Shown piece after piece: positions 19,021-29,083 of a stretch of 56,349 bases of DNA. Made by a program: the position numbers and the translations under genes. Positions within the stretch are counted from its first letter, which is position 1. Every line of letters begins with the position of its first letter. This stretch comes from Myxococcota bacterium (lineage in GTDB: Bacteria; Myxococcota_A; UBA796; GCA-2862545). The notes under the pieces are model-generated. The model saw only the letters and a program-made list of their open reading frames with translations, was not told where the DNA came from and made no database searches. The DNA is taken from positions 1-56,349 of the forward strand of contig JBCCQY010000050.1 of assembly GCA_039208735.1 (NCBI GenBank). Direction: 5' to 3'.

Positions 19021-22000
19021 GTGACATCGTGGGCACTTCGGTGGGTGGCGGCCATCGTGACGCTTTGGGCGTTGACGACAGGCTCAGTGCGCGCACAAGA
19101 GATCGACGAGGCAACCTTGAGCCCTCGGGACCTCACGGGACTGGCCATGCCGCCGCCCGGGGGCCATCCTGAAGCGCCGCTGTTGCTGTGGGCACCGGCC
19201 GATACGATCCGCGGCTGGTCCTTTTCGATCGTCGGTGAGCAAGCCCGCGATCTCGCGGCACGGTTCGAGTTCCGTCCCGAGGATGATGACGAACTCGAGC
19301 CCGTCGAAGCCGCATCGTTCGATCTCGTGGGGCGAATCAACCTCGGCGGCCAAGTGGAGATCATCCCCGCCCTTGGGATCGGCGCCAACCTGCCCATCGT
19401 GCTGCGAACCCTGGCCGATGATCTCGATGATGACGGAGTGGGTGATTCCGGTCGCGTGGCACTCGGCGATCTGTCCCTATGGGTCCCCGTCGGCATCCTT
19501 CGTCAAGATCTCACCTCTGGCGCTGGATTTTCCGTGATCCCCTTCGCCACCCTCCCGACCGGTCGGAGCACGCAGTTCGTTGGCGATCGCCAAGTCACCG
19601 GCGGAGTTCTCGCAGCCGGCGGCTACGGAGGGCCTTGGTGGCGCATCGATGGCAACTTGGGGTTGCAGGTTTCCGCCACGCGGGACGATGCGATCCAGGA
19701 GTCGGGCGGTTTCGAATTGCCCGTGGCGGCAGGGGTCGGATTCCAGCTCGCGCCAACCTGGTGGCTTGGGGCCGAGGCCCGAGCCCGGATCGATCTTGGC
19801 GACAGCGAAGTGGTCATCCCGATGACCGAGGACGTCCTCCGCGAAGCGCCTCCGTTCGAAGCGTTCGTGACCTTGCGCACCTCTTTCGGGGTGGATCCCC
19901 AACGAAGTGGACTGTTCGCGGTCACCGCGGGCGGGGTGGGGCTCACCCGAGCGGCTGGTTCCGCACGAGGCGGTCGTTGGTTCCTCGGGGCTGGTTTCCG
20001 AGGCGGTCAGCGTGTCGAAGCGGCCCTTCCGCCGTTCACCCTCCGCACCGTCGACCCCGACGGAGCCACGGTCTCTGACGCGTCGATACGGCTCGGGGGT
20101 CGGGAGATGGGCCGTACCGACGAGACCGGCCACGCCACCCTTGCACTCACCGCTCGGCCCACCCGTCCGTTGACCGTAGGAGCCGAGGGCATGGGCACCG
20201 TCCGCGTCGACGTGACGGAGATTCTCTCGCAGTCTGATGCGGCTCCCCCGCCGACCAAGACGGTGGTGCTGCCCTACCTTCCCCGACCTCTGGCCATGCG
20301 GGTCACCAACGAAGATGGCGAGCCGGTTCGTCATCGATGGTCGGCCCAACCCATCGACGATCCCTCGGCACTTCCCATCGAGGGAGAGGACACTCCCAGG
20401 CTGAAACCGGGCGTCTACGATCTCCGAATCGAGTCCGAGGAGCCACAGACCTACGGATCGCAAATGCGCCGAGTCGCCGTTCCGGCTCGCGACCCCCTCC
20501 CTGAAGCGTTCGACGTGGTGTTGTTGCCGGTGGAAGGGCCTACCGAATTGGCGCTCCGCATCGCCAACCTCGATGACGAAGGCATCGAAGGCGCCCAGGT
20601 GCTCATCGATGGACGGGTCGTCGGAACCACCGCTCACGACGGCGTGGTCGTCGTTGAAGACCTTCCCGACACGGAACATCGGGTCGAAGTCCAACACCCC
20701 GCCTACACGACAGCCGTCACCGAGGTGACCGCGGGGGACGAAGCGGTCGTCATGTCGCGGCAGAAGGGCAGCGTCCGGGTCACCGTCGTGGACGGGGGAG
20801 GGAACCCAGTCCGGGACGCCGTCGCACGCTTCGTCGGCCCACGACGCCTTCCCCCCATGGCGCTGGGTGAGCAAGGTCGACGGGTGCAAGTTCTCGGAGC
20901 GGGTACCTGGACGCTGCTAGTGTCGTCGCCCACCTACGGCATTCAGGAACGCAGCATCGATGTGCCAGAAGACGGCTGGGAGCTCATCGAGGTGCTCGTG
21001 GTGTTGCAGGCTCGCGAATCGGGCCAGGCCGACGTTGTCATCCGCGTCATCGACCCGTCCGGCCGACCCGTGGACGGGGCTCGCCTCTTCCTCGACGAAC
21101 AAGATTTAGGGACCACCTCGACCGGCGGCGTCCTGACGCTCACGGGCTTGACCGTGGGGCCGCGGATCCTCGAAGTGTCGCGAGAGGGCTTGCGTCCGTC
21201 GGCCCCGGTGGGCCTCGACTTGGTGGCCGGCCCACAGGAAGCGGTGATCCGAGTGGCCTGGGAACCTGGCCTGGTCGACGTGGTCGCCCGCTCGCCTTCC
21301 GGACCGGTGACCGACGGAGTGGTGCGTTTCTTGGGCCCCGTAGCACAGGCGCCATTGCCCTTGAGCCGGCAGGGCCGCCAACGGGTCACCCTGAATGCAG
21401 GCACCTGGACCGTCCTGCTGACAAGCGAGACGTATGGTGCACAGCAACGTGAGCTGCGGATTCCGGCCGACACCCGAGTCCTGCACGAAGTGGTGTTCCT
21501 CGTCCAGCCCACGGAGGGAGGTGCTGCGACCCTCGCCCTCGAGGTTTCGGATCCGCTGGGTCGACCGGTTGACGGCGCCACCGTCGCACTGAATGCTCAG
21601 CCCATCGGCTCCACCTCGAACCTGGGACGGCTCCAAGTCGAAGGGCTGACCGCGGGTCGGCGCACGATCGACGTCGAAGCCGACTTGTTCCGGCCGTTGC
21701 GCGATACCGTCGAGTTGGCCGCAGGCACCCAAGCACGAACGTTTGTCCTCGATTGGGCCTCTGGCGTCGTGAAAACGCGGGTTGTGGCCGACGGGCGCCC
21801 GGTGGACGATGCAGTCGTACGGTTCATGGGCGCCAACCGAGTAGCGCCGCGGCCCGTCGATGAACAGGGAGAAACCCTCACTCGACTCACGCCTGGGCGC
21901 TGGGTGGTGTTGGCGACCTCCGAATCGTCCGGCGTGGGCGAAGCGACCCTCGACATACCGGATACGCCGGGCCTTACCGAACTCACGGTCGCCGTTGAGG

Positions 22001-22887
22001 CAGGTCGGGCCGACCGTTCCGACCTCGTGGTGCGGGTGACCGATCCCCTTGGGCGAGGCATCGACGGCGCAACCGTGCGCATAAGCGACCTGCCACGTAC
22101 GGCCGAAGGCGGACTTGTGGTGGTGCGGGGGCTCCCTCGCGGCGAGGCCACGGTCGCGGTCTCCGCGCCGGGCTTCACTTCCGTTGATGGGGTCGAGGTG
22201 GTCTTGGACCGCGAACGGGTCGAGCGTGAGATCCGACTTCCCTTCATCGAAGTGCCGATCGAGGTTCGCGCCGTCGACCGCGACGGAACGCCGCTCGCCG
22301 AAGCTCGCGTGCGCGTCGAGGGCCCCCTTGCCGACGTCGATCTACTGGTGACCGACGCCCAGGGGGTCGCAACGGCGCAAATCCCACCGGGGCGGTGGAC
22401 CCTCATCGCAGCCCTTGGGGACCGCAGCACCATGACCACCGTCGAGGTCACCGCGGATGGCACGGTCGACCCCGTGACGTTGGTCTTGGTTGAGGGGGGC
22501 GCCCGCCGCGACGCATCAAGCGTCGAAATCACCGAGCGCGTGCGGTTCGACTTCAACGAGGCCACCCTGCGCCCCGAGTCCTTCCCGGTCCTCGAGGCGG
22601 TGGCCCGCATCATCCGATCGGACCCTTCCATCATCGTGGTCGAAGTTCAGGGCCATACTGACAATGTAGGCACGGCAGATGTGAACCAGGCTTTGTCCGA
22701 CTTGCGAGCCAAGGTCGTGGTCGACAAGCTGGTTGAATTGGGGGTAGCTCCAGAGAAACTGCAAGGCCGTGGCTATGGGCGCCGGCGGCCCCAAGCCGAC
22801 AATGCGACTCGAGAGGGGCGCGCGCTGAACCGGCGCGTCCAGTTCGGCATCGTCGAGCAGGCTGTCGAACGCGAGCCCGAGCCTTGA
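19021..22887 (+). CDS. Large OmpA-family protein: N-terminal beta-barrel, tandem beta-sandwich (carboxypeptidase-regulatory/PEGA-like) repeats and C-terminal OmpA peptidoglycan-binding domain
   Basis: Signal peptide; 'VRFDFNEATLRPES', 'VQGHTDNVG', 'NQALSDLRA', 'NRRVQF'; repeated 'VxDPxGRPVDGA'. Confidence 0.85.
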   Translation: MTSWALRWVAAIVTLWALTTGSVRAQEIDEATLSPRDLTGLAMPPPGGHPEAPLLLWAPADTIRGWSFSIVGEQARDLAARFEFRPEDDDELEPVEAASFDLVGRINLGGQVEIIPALGIGANLPIVLRTLADDLDDDGVGDSGRVALGDLSLWVPVGILRQDLTSGAGFSVIPFATLPTGRSTQFVGDRQVTGGVLAAGGYGGPWWRIDGNLGLQVSATRDDAIQESGGFELPVAAGVGFQLAPTWWLGAEARARIDLGDSEVVIPMTEDVLREAPPFEAFVTLRTSFGVDPQRSGLFAVTAGGVGLTRAAGSARGGRWFLGAGFRGGQRVEAALPPFTLRTVDPDGATVSDASIRLGGREMGRTDETGHATLALTARPTRPLTVGAEGMGTVRVDVTEILSQSDAAPPPTKTVVLPYLPRPLAMRVTNEDGEPVRHRWSAQPIDDPSALPIEGEDTPRLKPGVYDLRIESEEPQTYGSQMRRVAVPARDPLPEAFDVVLLPVEGPTELALRIANLDDEGIEGAQVLIDGRVVGTTAHDGVVVVEDLPDTEHRVEVQHPAYTTAVTEVTAGDEAVVMSRQKGSVRVTVVDGGGNPVRDAVARFVGPRRLPPMALGEQGRRVQVLGAGTWTLLVSSPTYGIQERSIDVPEDGWELIEVLVVLQARESGQADVVIRVIDPSGRPVDGARLFLDEQDLGTTSTGGVLTLTGLTVGPRILEVSREGLRPSAPVGLDLVAGPQEAVIRVAWEPGLVDVVARSPSGPVTDGVVRFLGPVAQAPLPLSRQGRQRVTLNAGTWTVLLTSETYGAQQRELRIPADTRVLHEVVFLVQPTEGGAATLALEVSDPLGRPVDGATVALNAQPIGSTSNLGRLQVEGLTAGRRTIDVEADLFRPLRDTVELAAGTQARTFVLDWASGVVKTRVVADGRPVDDAVVRFMGANRVAPRPVDEQGETLTRLTPGRWVVLATSESSGVGEATLDIPDTPGLTELTVAVEAGRADRSDLVVRVTDPLGRGIDGATVRISDLPRTAEGGLVVVRGLPRGEATVAVSAPGFTSVDGVEVVLDRERVEREIRLPFIEVPIEVRAVDRDGTPLAEARVRVEGPLADVDLLVTDAQGVATAQIPPGRWTLIAALGDRSTMTTVEVTADGTVDPVTLVLVEGGARRDASSVEITERVRFDFNEATLRPESFPVLEAVARIIRSDPSIIVVEVQGHTDNVGTADVNQALSDLRAKVVVDKLVELGVAPEKLQGRGYGRRRPQADNATREGRALNRRVQFGIVEQAVEREPEP

Positions 22888-22924
22888 CAGTCCTCGAGAA
22901 ATCGACGACGTTCCTGCACGCGAG

Positions 22925-23281
22925 GTGGTCGTGCGGCTATTCGTCCCCGGTTTGTTGTTGGTAATCGCGCTTGGTTGCGGGGGCTTCGACCAGCTCCTCG
23001 CCCAGAGCTTCGACGAGGCGTTCGTGGAAACCTGCATGGACGACCACGCCAAACGCGTGGCCAACCTTCAGGACCCTCAGGCGGCTTGCGCATGCGCTAA
23101 AGAGAAGGTCGAAGCCCAGTACGCCGAACCCATGGAGCGGCTCGCCGTCATCGCCGACGTCGACCAAATGCAGGTGCTGCTTGAAGCATGCAACACCCCT
23201 GCAGAAGCCGCCGTCCCCGAGGAAGCCCCCGAAGAGGAGGGGCCTGTCGAGGTTGAAGCCCCCGAAGCGCCCGCTCCTTAG
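22925..23281 (+). CDS. Small Cys-containing lipoprotein
   Basis: Lipobox IALGC; 'FVETC...ACAC...EAC'; acidic tail. Confidence 0.55.
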   Translation: MVVRLFVPGLLLVIALGCGGFDQLLAQSFDEAFVETCMDDHAKRVANLQDPQAACACAKEKVEAQYAEPMERLAVIADVDQMQVLLEACNTPAEAAVPEEAPEEEGPVEVEAPEAPAP

Positions 23282-24750
23282 GCGCGCTGCACCGCGGCCT
23301 TCCACTGGGCTCGGATCTTCGCCAGCTCCTCGGCGTTCCCGCGCGGCACGAACCGGGCCTCCTCGGACCAGGCTTGGGCAATCTGCTCGGTCGATGACCA
23401 GATGTTCGTCGCCAGTCCCGCGAGCAGGGCGCTCCCAAGGCCGGTCGTTTCGAGGACTCGGGGACGCACGCACGGAACGCCAAGAAAGTCGGTTTGACGC
23501 TGCATCAGCAAGTCGTTGGCCGAGGCTCCCCCGTCGACCCGAACCTCGGCCAAGGGACGACCTAGATCCGCTGTCATCGCACCGAGAATGTCGTCGATCT
23601 GCAACGCAATGCCATCGAGCGTTGCCCGCGCGAGATGTGCCTTCGTGGTGCCGCGCGTGATGCCAGTAATGATGCCGCGAGCGTCCGGGCGCCAGTGGGG
23701 AGCCCCCAACCCGGTCAGTGCGGGAACAAATGTCACGCCTCCCGAATCAGGCACCTGTGTGGCCAGGGCTTCTACATCCGGGGCACTCGCAAACAACTCG
23801 AGCCCGTCCCGAAGCCACTGCACCGCCGCGCCAGCCACGAATGCCGAGCCTTCCAGGGCGTAGGTCGTCTGGCCGTTGAGCCTCCAAGCGACCGTCGTGA
23901 GCAAGCCATGCTTTGATGGCGTGGGCACGGCTCCCGTATTCATCAGGATGAAGGCCCCTGTGCCGTAGGTGCACTTGGCGAGACCAGGGGCGTAGCAGGC
24001 TTGACCAAACAACGCGCCCTGCTGGTCTCCGATGATTCCCGCCACCGGCAGTCCGTCAGGCAGGAAAGGAACGTTGCGGGTTCGGCCATACACTGTCGAC
24101 GAATCCACGACCTGCGGCAGCGTCGCCCGGGGCACCCGAAGCAGGGACGTCAACTCATCGGACCAGTCCATGGCATGCAAATCGAAAAGTAGGGTGCGAC
24201 TCGCATTTGAACTATCCGTGACATGTTCTCCACACAGTCGCCAGGTCAGCCATGTGTCGATGGTACCGAAGCGAAGTTCGCCACGATCTGCTTTCTCCCG
24301 TGCGCCCGGTACATTATCGAGCAACCATTCAGCTTTTGTTCCACTGAAATAGGGATCCAATACGAGGCCTGTCAACTGACGAATCCGGTCTTCATGGCCG
24401 GCTTGCTTCAGCGACTCACACCGCTCCGCGGTTCGCCGATCCTGCCACACTAATGCCCGATGGATGGGTTGCCCCGTCGTTGCATCCCAAAAAAGACAGG
24501 TTTCCCGCTGGTTCGTAATTCCCACCGCCGCAAGCCGGTCCGCGGAAACGTCGGCCTTGGACAGCGCGCCGGCCACGGCCTGCCCTACGCTCTGCCAAAT
24601 CTCATGGATGTCATGCTCGACGTGTCCGGGCTGAGGGTAGTGGTTCGGAAATTCGACGTTGACGCTCGCGAGGACCTGGATGGACTCATCGATGACCATC
24701 GCAGTCGTTCCGGTCGTACCTTGATCAATTGCCAACACGAGTTTGCCCAT
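23278..24750 (-). CDS. glpK: Glycerol kinase
   Basis: AIDQGTTGT, GITNQRET, WQDRRT, DPYFSGTK, GDQQGALFGQ, KCTYGTG, VDGGASAN. Confidence 0.96.
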   Translation of the reverse strand: MGKLVLAIDQGTTGTTAMVIDESIQVLASVNVEFPNHYPQPGHVEHDIHEIWQSVGQAVAGALSKADVSADRLAAVGITNQRETCLFWDATTGQPIHRALVWQDRRTAERCESLKQAGHEDRIRQLTGLVLDPYFSGTKAEWLLDNVPGAREKADRGELRFGTIDTWLTWRLCGEHVTDSSNASRTLLFDLHAMDWSDELTSLLRVPRATLPQVVDSSTVYGRTRNVPFLPDGLPVAGIIGDQQGALFGQACYAPGLAKCTYGTGAFILMNTGAVPTPSKHGLLTTVAWRLNGQTTYALEGSAFVAGAAVQWLRDGLELFASAPDVEALATQVPDSGGVTFVPALTGLGAPHWRPDARGIITGITRGTTKAHLARATLDGIALQIDDILGAMTADLGRPLAEVRVDGGASANDLLMQRQTDFLGVPCVRPRVLETTGLGSALLAGLATNIWSSTEQIAQAWSEEARFVPRGNAEELAKIRAQWKAAVQRA

Positions 24751-24918
24751 CCGTCCCTCCGAAATGCATAGCGGCCATTATCGCCCAGGAGGAACGTGGG
24801 CTGGGGTTGAGAATCGACGCGCGCACGAAACCGTTCCCCGGCTTCGCCTGGGGCAAGGAAAATGCGAGCTATGCGTCACGGTGTCAGCAAGACCTGTTCA
24901 GCTCTCCGTTCTCGTGCC

Positions 24919-24935
24919 TCGGCACCCTTTTTGCT
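24919..24935 (+). promoter_or_regulatory. Sigma54 (-24/-12) promoter candidate
   Basis: CGGCACCCTTTTTGCT matches TGGCAC-N5-TTGC(A/T) with exact GG-N10-GC spacing; lies in the divergent intergenic region. Confidence 0.6.
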
Positions 24936-25136
24936 CAACCCGACTCGCTCGCAGGTCGGTAAACCGGTGATATGGTGAGGCACGATCTCGGATCGTGGCT
25001 TGCGTCTCGCCCGAAAGCCTTCTGGCCCCCTCCCATCCAGCGGCGGCCGCCCCGGGGCAATCCGGTCCCCCGGGCATCGCGTGAAGGGCTCGCAGGTCCC
25101 CCCCTCCAACACCGCATTCCCCCGGAGCTGTCCAAA

Positions 25137-25628
25137 ATGGAATTCAAGATGCACTGCCCGAAATGTCTGGGATATGACTACAGCATCGAACGGGACAACC
25201 GGACATTTGGCGCGGTCGCACAAGCCTTTGAGTTGATTTTCCACTGTCGCTGCGGCAAGCAGATGTTCGGCGAGCAGCTCATTAAGGAGTACGACCGGCA
25301 AGAGAAAGAGTTCAAGTCCGGTCACTCTGATGGGGAGTACGCTCCCCCAAGCACGAGCCTTACTCCGAACGGCGAGATGCCCCGCGCGCGACGCGATGTG
25401 AGTGTCGCAGAAGCCACCACGATGGCTTTGGAAGAACTGCACAAGACAGAGCCTGGCGCCGAGCGATTAATCGTTGGCGACCAGCTCTGCACTTGGCCAG
25501 GCTGCGATAAGCCTGCGCGTCCGAATTCGAAGTACTGCTCGCGGGCTTGCTCCAATAAAAATGCGCGTGCACGGCACAAGGCGCGCCAGAAGAAGGTGAA
25601 GAAGCCCGCCAAGCACGCCGCGGCATAG
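25137..25628 (+). CDS. Small basic protein with two zinc-binding modules
   Basis: N-terminal CPKC...HCRC; C-terminal CTWPGC...YCSRAC followed by a Lys/Arg-rich tail; GGAG RBS before ATG 25137. Confidence 0.65.
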   Translation: MEFKMHCPKCLGYDYSIERDNRTFGAVAQAFELIFHCRCGKQMFGEQLIKEYDRQEKEFKSGHSDGEYAPPSTSLTPNGEMPRARRDVSVAEATTMALEELHKTEPGAERLIVGDQLCTWPGCDKPARPNSKYCSRACSNKNARARHKARQKKVKKPAKHAAA

Positions 25629-25668
25629 CGGCGAGCCGACGTCCCGGGCGGCTGATTATGCTGCCGGT

Positions 25669-28600
25669 GTGGATTGGATCGAGCTAGGCCCGTTCGAGCT
25701 AAGAGAACCCGTCGGACGAGGCGGGACGGGCGTGGTTTATCTCGGCGCCCACCGTGACACGCAGGTGCCGGTGGCGGTCAAAGTCTTGCACCCGGGCGCC
25801 ATGCGGAATGGTGCGCCTCCCGAGGCTTTCCGCAACGAGGTGCGAGCGGTTGCCGCACTGGACCATCCGAGCATCATTTGGATTTTTGATGTCGGTTTGG
25901 TCGATGCCCAAGCCTCCGAACGGTCGGGTCGAAGCCTCACCGAGGGTCACCCCTACCTGGCGATGGAATACGCGTCGGGAGGTACGCTTGGCGACTGGAT
26001 CCCGCCCGACTTCGATGCGGTCTACGCCATGCTTACAGACCTGCTTGGGGCGCTAGCGCACGGCCACGCACGGTCGATGGTGCATCGTGACCTCAAACCC
26101 GGCAATGTGCTTCGATGCACCGATACCGACGTGCGACCCGGCTGGAAGCTCACCGACTTCGGCATCGCCACAAACTTTGAGCGAACGGTAGAACGGTCGC
26201 TGCCCGGGGGCATCGTGGGCACGCTGTCGTACATGTCGCCCGAGCAGATCATGGGCAACTGGCGCATGTTCGGCCCCTGGACCGACCTGTATGCGCTGGG
26301 CTGCGTCGTGTACAAGGTCCTCGCTGGCCGACGCCCCTGGGACAGCGCACGAGGGGCGGCCTTGTTTGCGGCCCACCTCGAACGCAAGCCGGACCCACTT
26401 CGCTCGAAAATCCCGGTTCCCGAAGGGTTCCACGAATGGGTCGCCGTGCTGATGGAAAAGCGGCCGCAGGACCGATTCCAAACGGCCGCCGAAGCCGCAC
26501 TTGCGCTCGAAGCCTTGACCCAAGCAGCTCCGGCAGACTCGGTCCCCTCGGATTTGCCCGAGATCGATGAGGGCTACGGAACGGACGGTGATACCGAGCT
26601 TATTGGGCTACCCCGAGATGGCCGCGACGCGAGCGGCATCCCAAAGGACTGGCGCTCCCACGAAGCTCCTCCTCCACCTCCTCGCCTGATTGGTGCAGGC
26701 CTGTCGCTGCTGGGCCTTCGCCCGCCACCGTTCGTGGGGCGCCTCGAGGAGCGAAACGCCCTGTGGAGCAGCCTTCGCCGCACCGCTCGCAGCAACGAGC
26801 GCCATCTGGTGGTCATTCGAGGCCATGCGGGGGTTGGAAAGACGCGCCTGGCTCGCTGGATCGGTGAACAGGCCCACGAATTGGCGGGGCTCCCGTTTCT
26901 CATTGGCGAAGCCCGGCGCGGAGAGCCTCCCGAGATGTCGACCGCACGGCCGCTGCGTCGCTGGTTGCATACGGAGCGGCTCAACGAAGAGGAGCGCCTG
27001 CTTCGCATCCGCGACACGTTCGGAGGAGCATCGGCCGAGTGGTGTCAGGACCTTTCTGCGTTGCTCGGTGATGATCCCGTCGGCGAACTGGGTGAACTCG
27101 GCGACGAAATGCGCCACGTCATGTTGGCCCAGGCGCTGACGAAGCTCGGGGATCCCATACGACCCAACGTGCTCGTGCTCGATGATGCCCAGAGTTCCGA
27201 CGATCTCCTACGCTTCGTCCTGCATCTGCTCACCACGACCAACGAAGGCGGGGCCGCGACCCTGGTGGTCATGGTGCTCCAGGAAGAGGCCTTGGGTCCG
27301 GATGCTCCTGTGGCGCCGCTCATCGGCAAACTTCTCGAACACGCCGAGACGATTCCGCTGGGCCCCCTCCCGGAAGTCGACCTCGCGCGGCTCATCCAGG
27401 GCCTGCTGCCGATGGAGTCGACACTCGCAGCCCAGCTTGCGGAACGCACGGGCGGGAATCCTCAGCACGCCCACACGGTGCTCCAAGACTGGGCTCAAGC
27501 CGGCGTGCTCGCCTTAGGGGCCGGCGGCTTCGAACTCGTCGAAGAAATGCCGGAGGTCCCTCCGCTACAGGACATGTGGCAACGACGGGTCGAGTCGCTG
27601 CTTCACGAACTGCCCGACGACACCGAACAGCTGCTCGAACGAGCCGCCACGTTGGGCTTGAGGGTCAACGAACTCGAGTGGCAACGAGTTTGTGACGATC
27701 CCAAAGCCGTTTACGCCGCCTCGGGTCGAGTGTTGTTTCGACCCGACCTCGCTCGGCTCCGTGACCAGCTGCGGGATCGGTTGCTGTCCATGCGGTTGGC
27801 CGTCGACACTCGCGACGGCTGGGCGTTTGCCAATGAGATGTTCCGAGAGGCCATCCTCAAACGTGCAGCCCGCGCGGATCGCCTTCCAAGTCATCATCGG
27901 GCCTGTGCCCGCATGCTTCTGCACATGGAAGCGGCCCATCGGCATGCCGAACGGGTCGGGCGTCACCTGCTGGCTGGCCATCGTGCGGAGTGGGCGATTC
28001 CCCAACTCCTCGAGGGCATCCGGCAGCGACGGCAGCGAAGCGGAGACGCAGCCACCCTTCCCCTGTTGGCCGAGGTCGAACGCGCCCTTCACGACGCAGG
28101 GGTGCCCGACACCGATCGAGCGTGGGCCGAGCTATCGGCACTACGGGGTGACGTATTCATCGGCCTTGGTCGCCAACGCGACGCGGAACGATGGGCCCAA
28201 GACACCCTCACACGAGCTCGCCAGGGCCAGTGGCCCGATCTCCAAGCACGGGGCCTGTGGGTAGCGGCTCGCGTGCTTCTCGAAGATGGCGATCCTAAGG
28301 CCGCCGACGCGCTTCTCGCAGAGGCGGAATCGGCCCTTGGAACCACGGGAGACGCCGCATTGCGTGGTGAGATCCACGCGACGCGGAGCCGTTGCGCCCG
28401 GCTTCAGGGCGAGGCAGGCCCGGCCCGAGGCCATGCGCTACTCGCAGCCCAGGCGCTGACCGAGGCTGGTGAGCGCTCGCCAATCGGTGAAGCATGGCGG
28501 GTCCTCGGTGAAGACGCACTCGCCGAAGGGAACCTCGACGAAGCCCAGCGCTACCTCGACAAAGCCCTCGCCCGCCACCGCAACAACCCGATTCGCCGTG

Positions 28601-29073
28601 GTTTGGTCGAGGTACGCTTGGGACAACTCGCGCAGGCTCGAGGCGATCTCGATCGGGCTTTGCAGAGCTTCACGGCCGCGGTCGACCATCTCCGATCGGC
28701 GGGAAGCGGTCGAGTGGCCGAAGCATGGGTCGCGCTAGCCCAACTCCATCTCGCCCGACGCGACTGGGGCGAAGCCCGTCGGGTGGCTGGCAATCTGGTT
28801 CGACGGCTAACCATGGATCAAGCCGGACCGGTCCTCGTCTCGGCCCACGCGATCTTGGTCACGTCGGCGGCCGGTACTCGCGACTGGCCCGCGTTCGACC
28901 GGCATCTCGCGCGACTGATGACCATGGCTAGCGATGTACGACACGTGGCCCCAACGTTGAATGAAGTGTTCGAACTGGCCGCCCACCGCACCGAAACCGC
29001 TGGGGAGTCGGGCCGCGTCCAGAAGCTGCAGCGGGTTTCCAATCTCTACCGAAGCCCCACCGACCTGGCGTGA
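25669..29073 (+). CDS. Ser/Thr kinase fused to a P-loop (STAND-like) ATPase and TPR-like repeats
   Basis: GRGGTG, AVKVL, HRDLKPGN, DFG, YMSPE; Walker A GHAGVGKT; Walker B LVLDDAQ; TGGNP; helical C-terminus. Confidence 0.85.
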   Translation: MDWIELGPFELREPVGRGGTGVVYLGAHRDTQVPVAVKVLHPGAMRNGAPPEAFRNEVRAVAALDHPSIIWIFDVGLVDAQASERSGRSLTEGHPYLAMEYASGGTLGDWIPPDFDAVYAMLTDLLGALAHGHARSMVHRDLKPGNVLRCTDTDVRPGWKLTDFGIATNFERTVERSLPGGIVGTLSYMSPEQIMGNWRMFGPWTDLYALGCVVYKVLAGRRPWDSARGAALFAAHLERKPDPLRSKIPVPEGFHEWVAVLMEKRPQDRFQTAAEAALALEALTQAAPADSVPSDLPEIDEGYGTDGDTELIGLPRDGRDASGIPKDWRSHEAPPPPPRLIGAGLSLLGLRPPPFVGRLEERNALWSSLRRTARSNERHLVVIRGHAGVGKTRLARWIGEQAHELAGLPFLIGEARRGEPPEMSTARPLRRWLHTERLNEEERLLRIRDTFGGASAEWCQDLSALLGDDPVGELGELGDEMRHVMLAQALTKLGDPIRPNVLVLDDAQSSDDLLRFVLHLLTTTNEGGAATLVVMVLQEEALGPDAPVAPLIGKLLEHAETIPLGPLPEVDLARLIQGLLPMESTLAAQLAERTGGNPQHAHTVLQDWAQAGVLALGAGGFELVEEMPEVPPLQDMWQRRVESLLHELPDDTEQLLERAATLGLRVNELEWQRVCDDPKAVYAASGRVLFRPDLARLRDQLRDRLLSMRLAVDTRDGWAFANEMFREAILKRAARADRLPSHHRACARMLLHMEAAHRHAERVGRHLLAGHRAEWAIPQLLEGIRQRRQRSGDAATLPLLAEVERALHDAGVPDTDRAWAELSALRGDVFIGLGRQRDAERWAQDTLTRARQGQWPDLQARGLWVAARVLLEDGDPKAADALLAEAESALGTTGDAALRGEIHATRSRCARLQGEAGPARGHALLAAQALTEAGERSPIGEAWRVLGEDALAEGNLDEAQRYLDKALARHRNNPIRRGLVEVRLGQLAQARGDLDRALQSFTAAVDHLRSAGSGRVAEAWVALAQLHLARRDWGEARRVAGNLVRRLTMDQAGPVLVSAHAILVTSAAGTRDWPAFDRHLARLMTMASDVRHVAPTLNEVFELAAHRTETAGESGRVQKLQRVSNLYRSPTDLA

Positions 29074-29083
29074 AGGAGCCTCG

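Noticed and set aside
18926..19114. Apparent head-to-head overlap of the kinase and OmpA genes
   Set aside because: Disappears when the kinase start is set at GTG 18925, which has an RBS
19477..22634. Several long minus-strand ORFs (470 aa, 345 aa)
   Set aside because: Shadows of the OmpA-family gene
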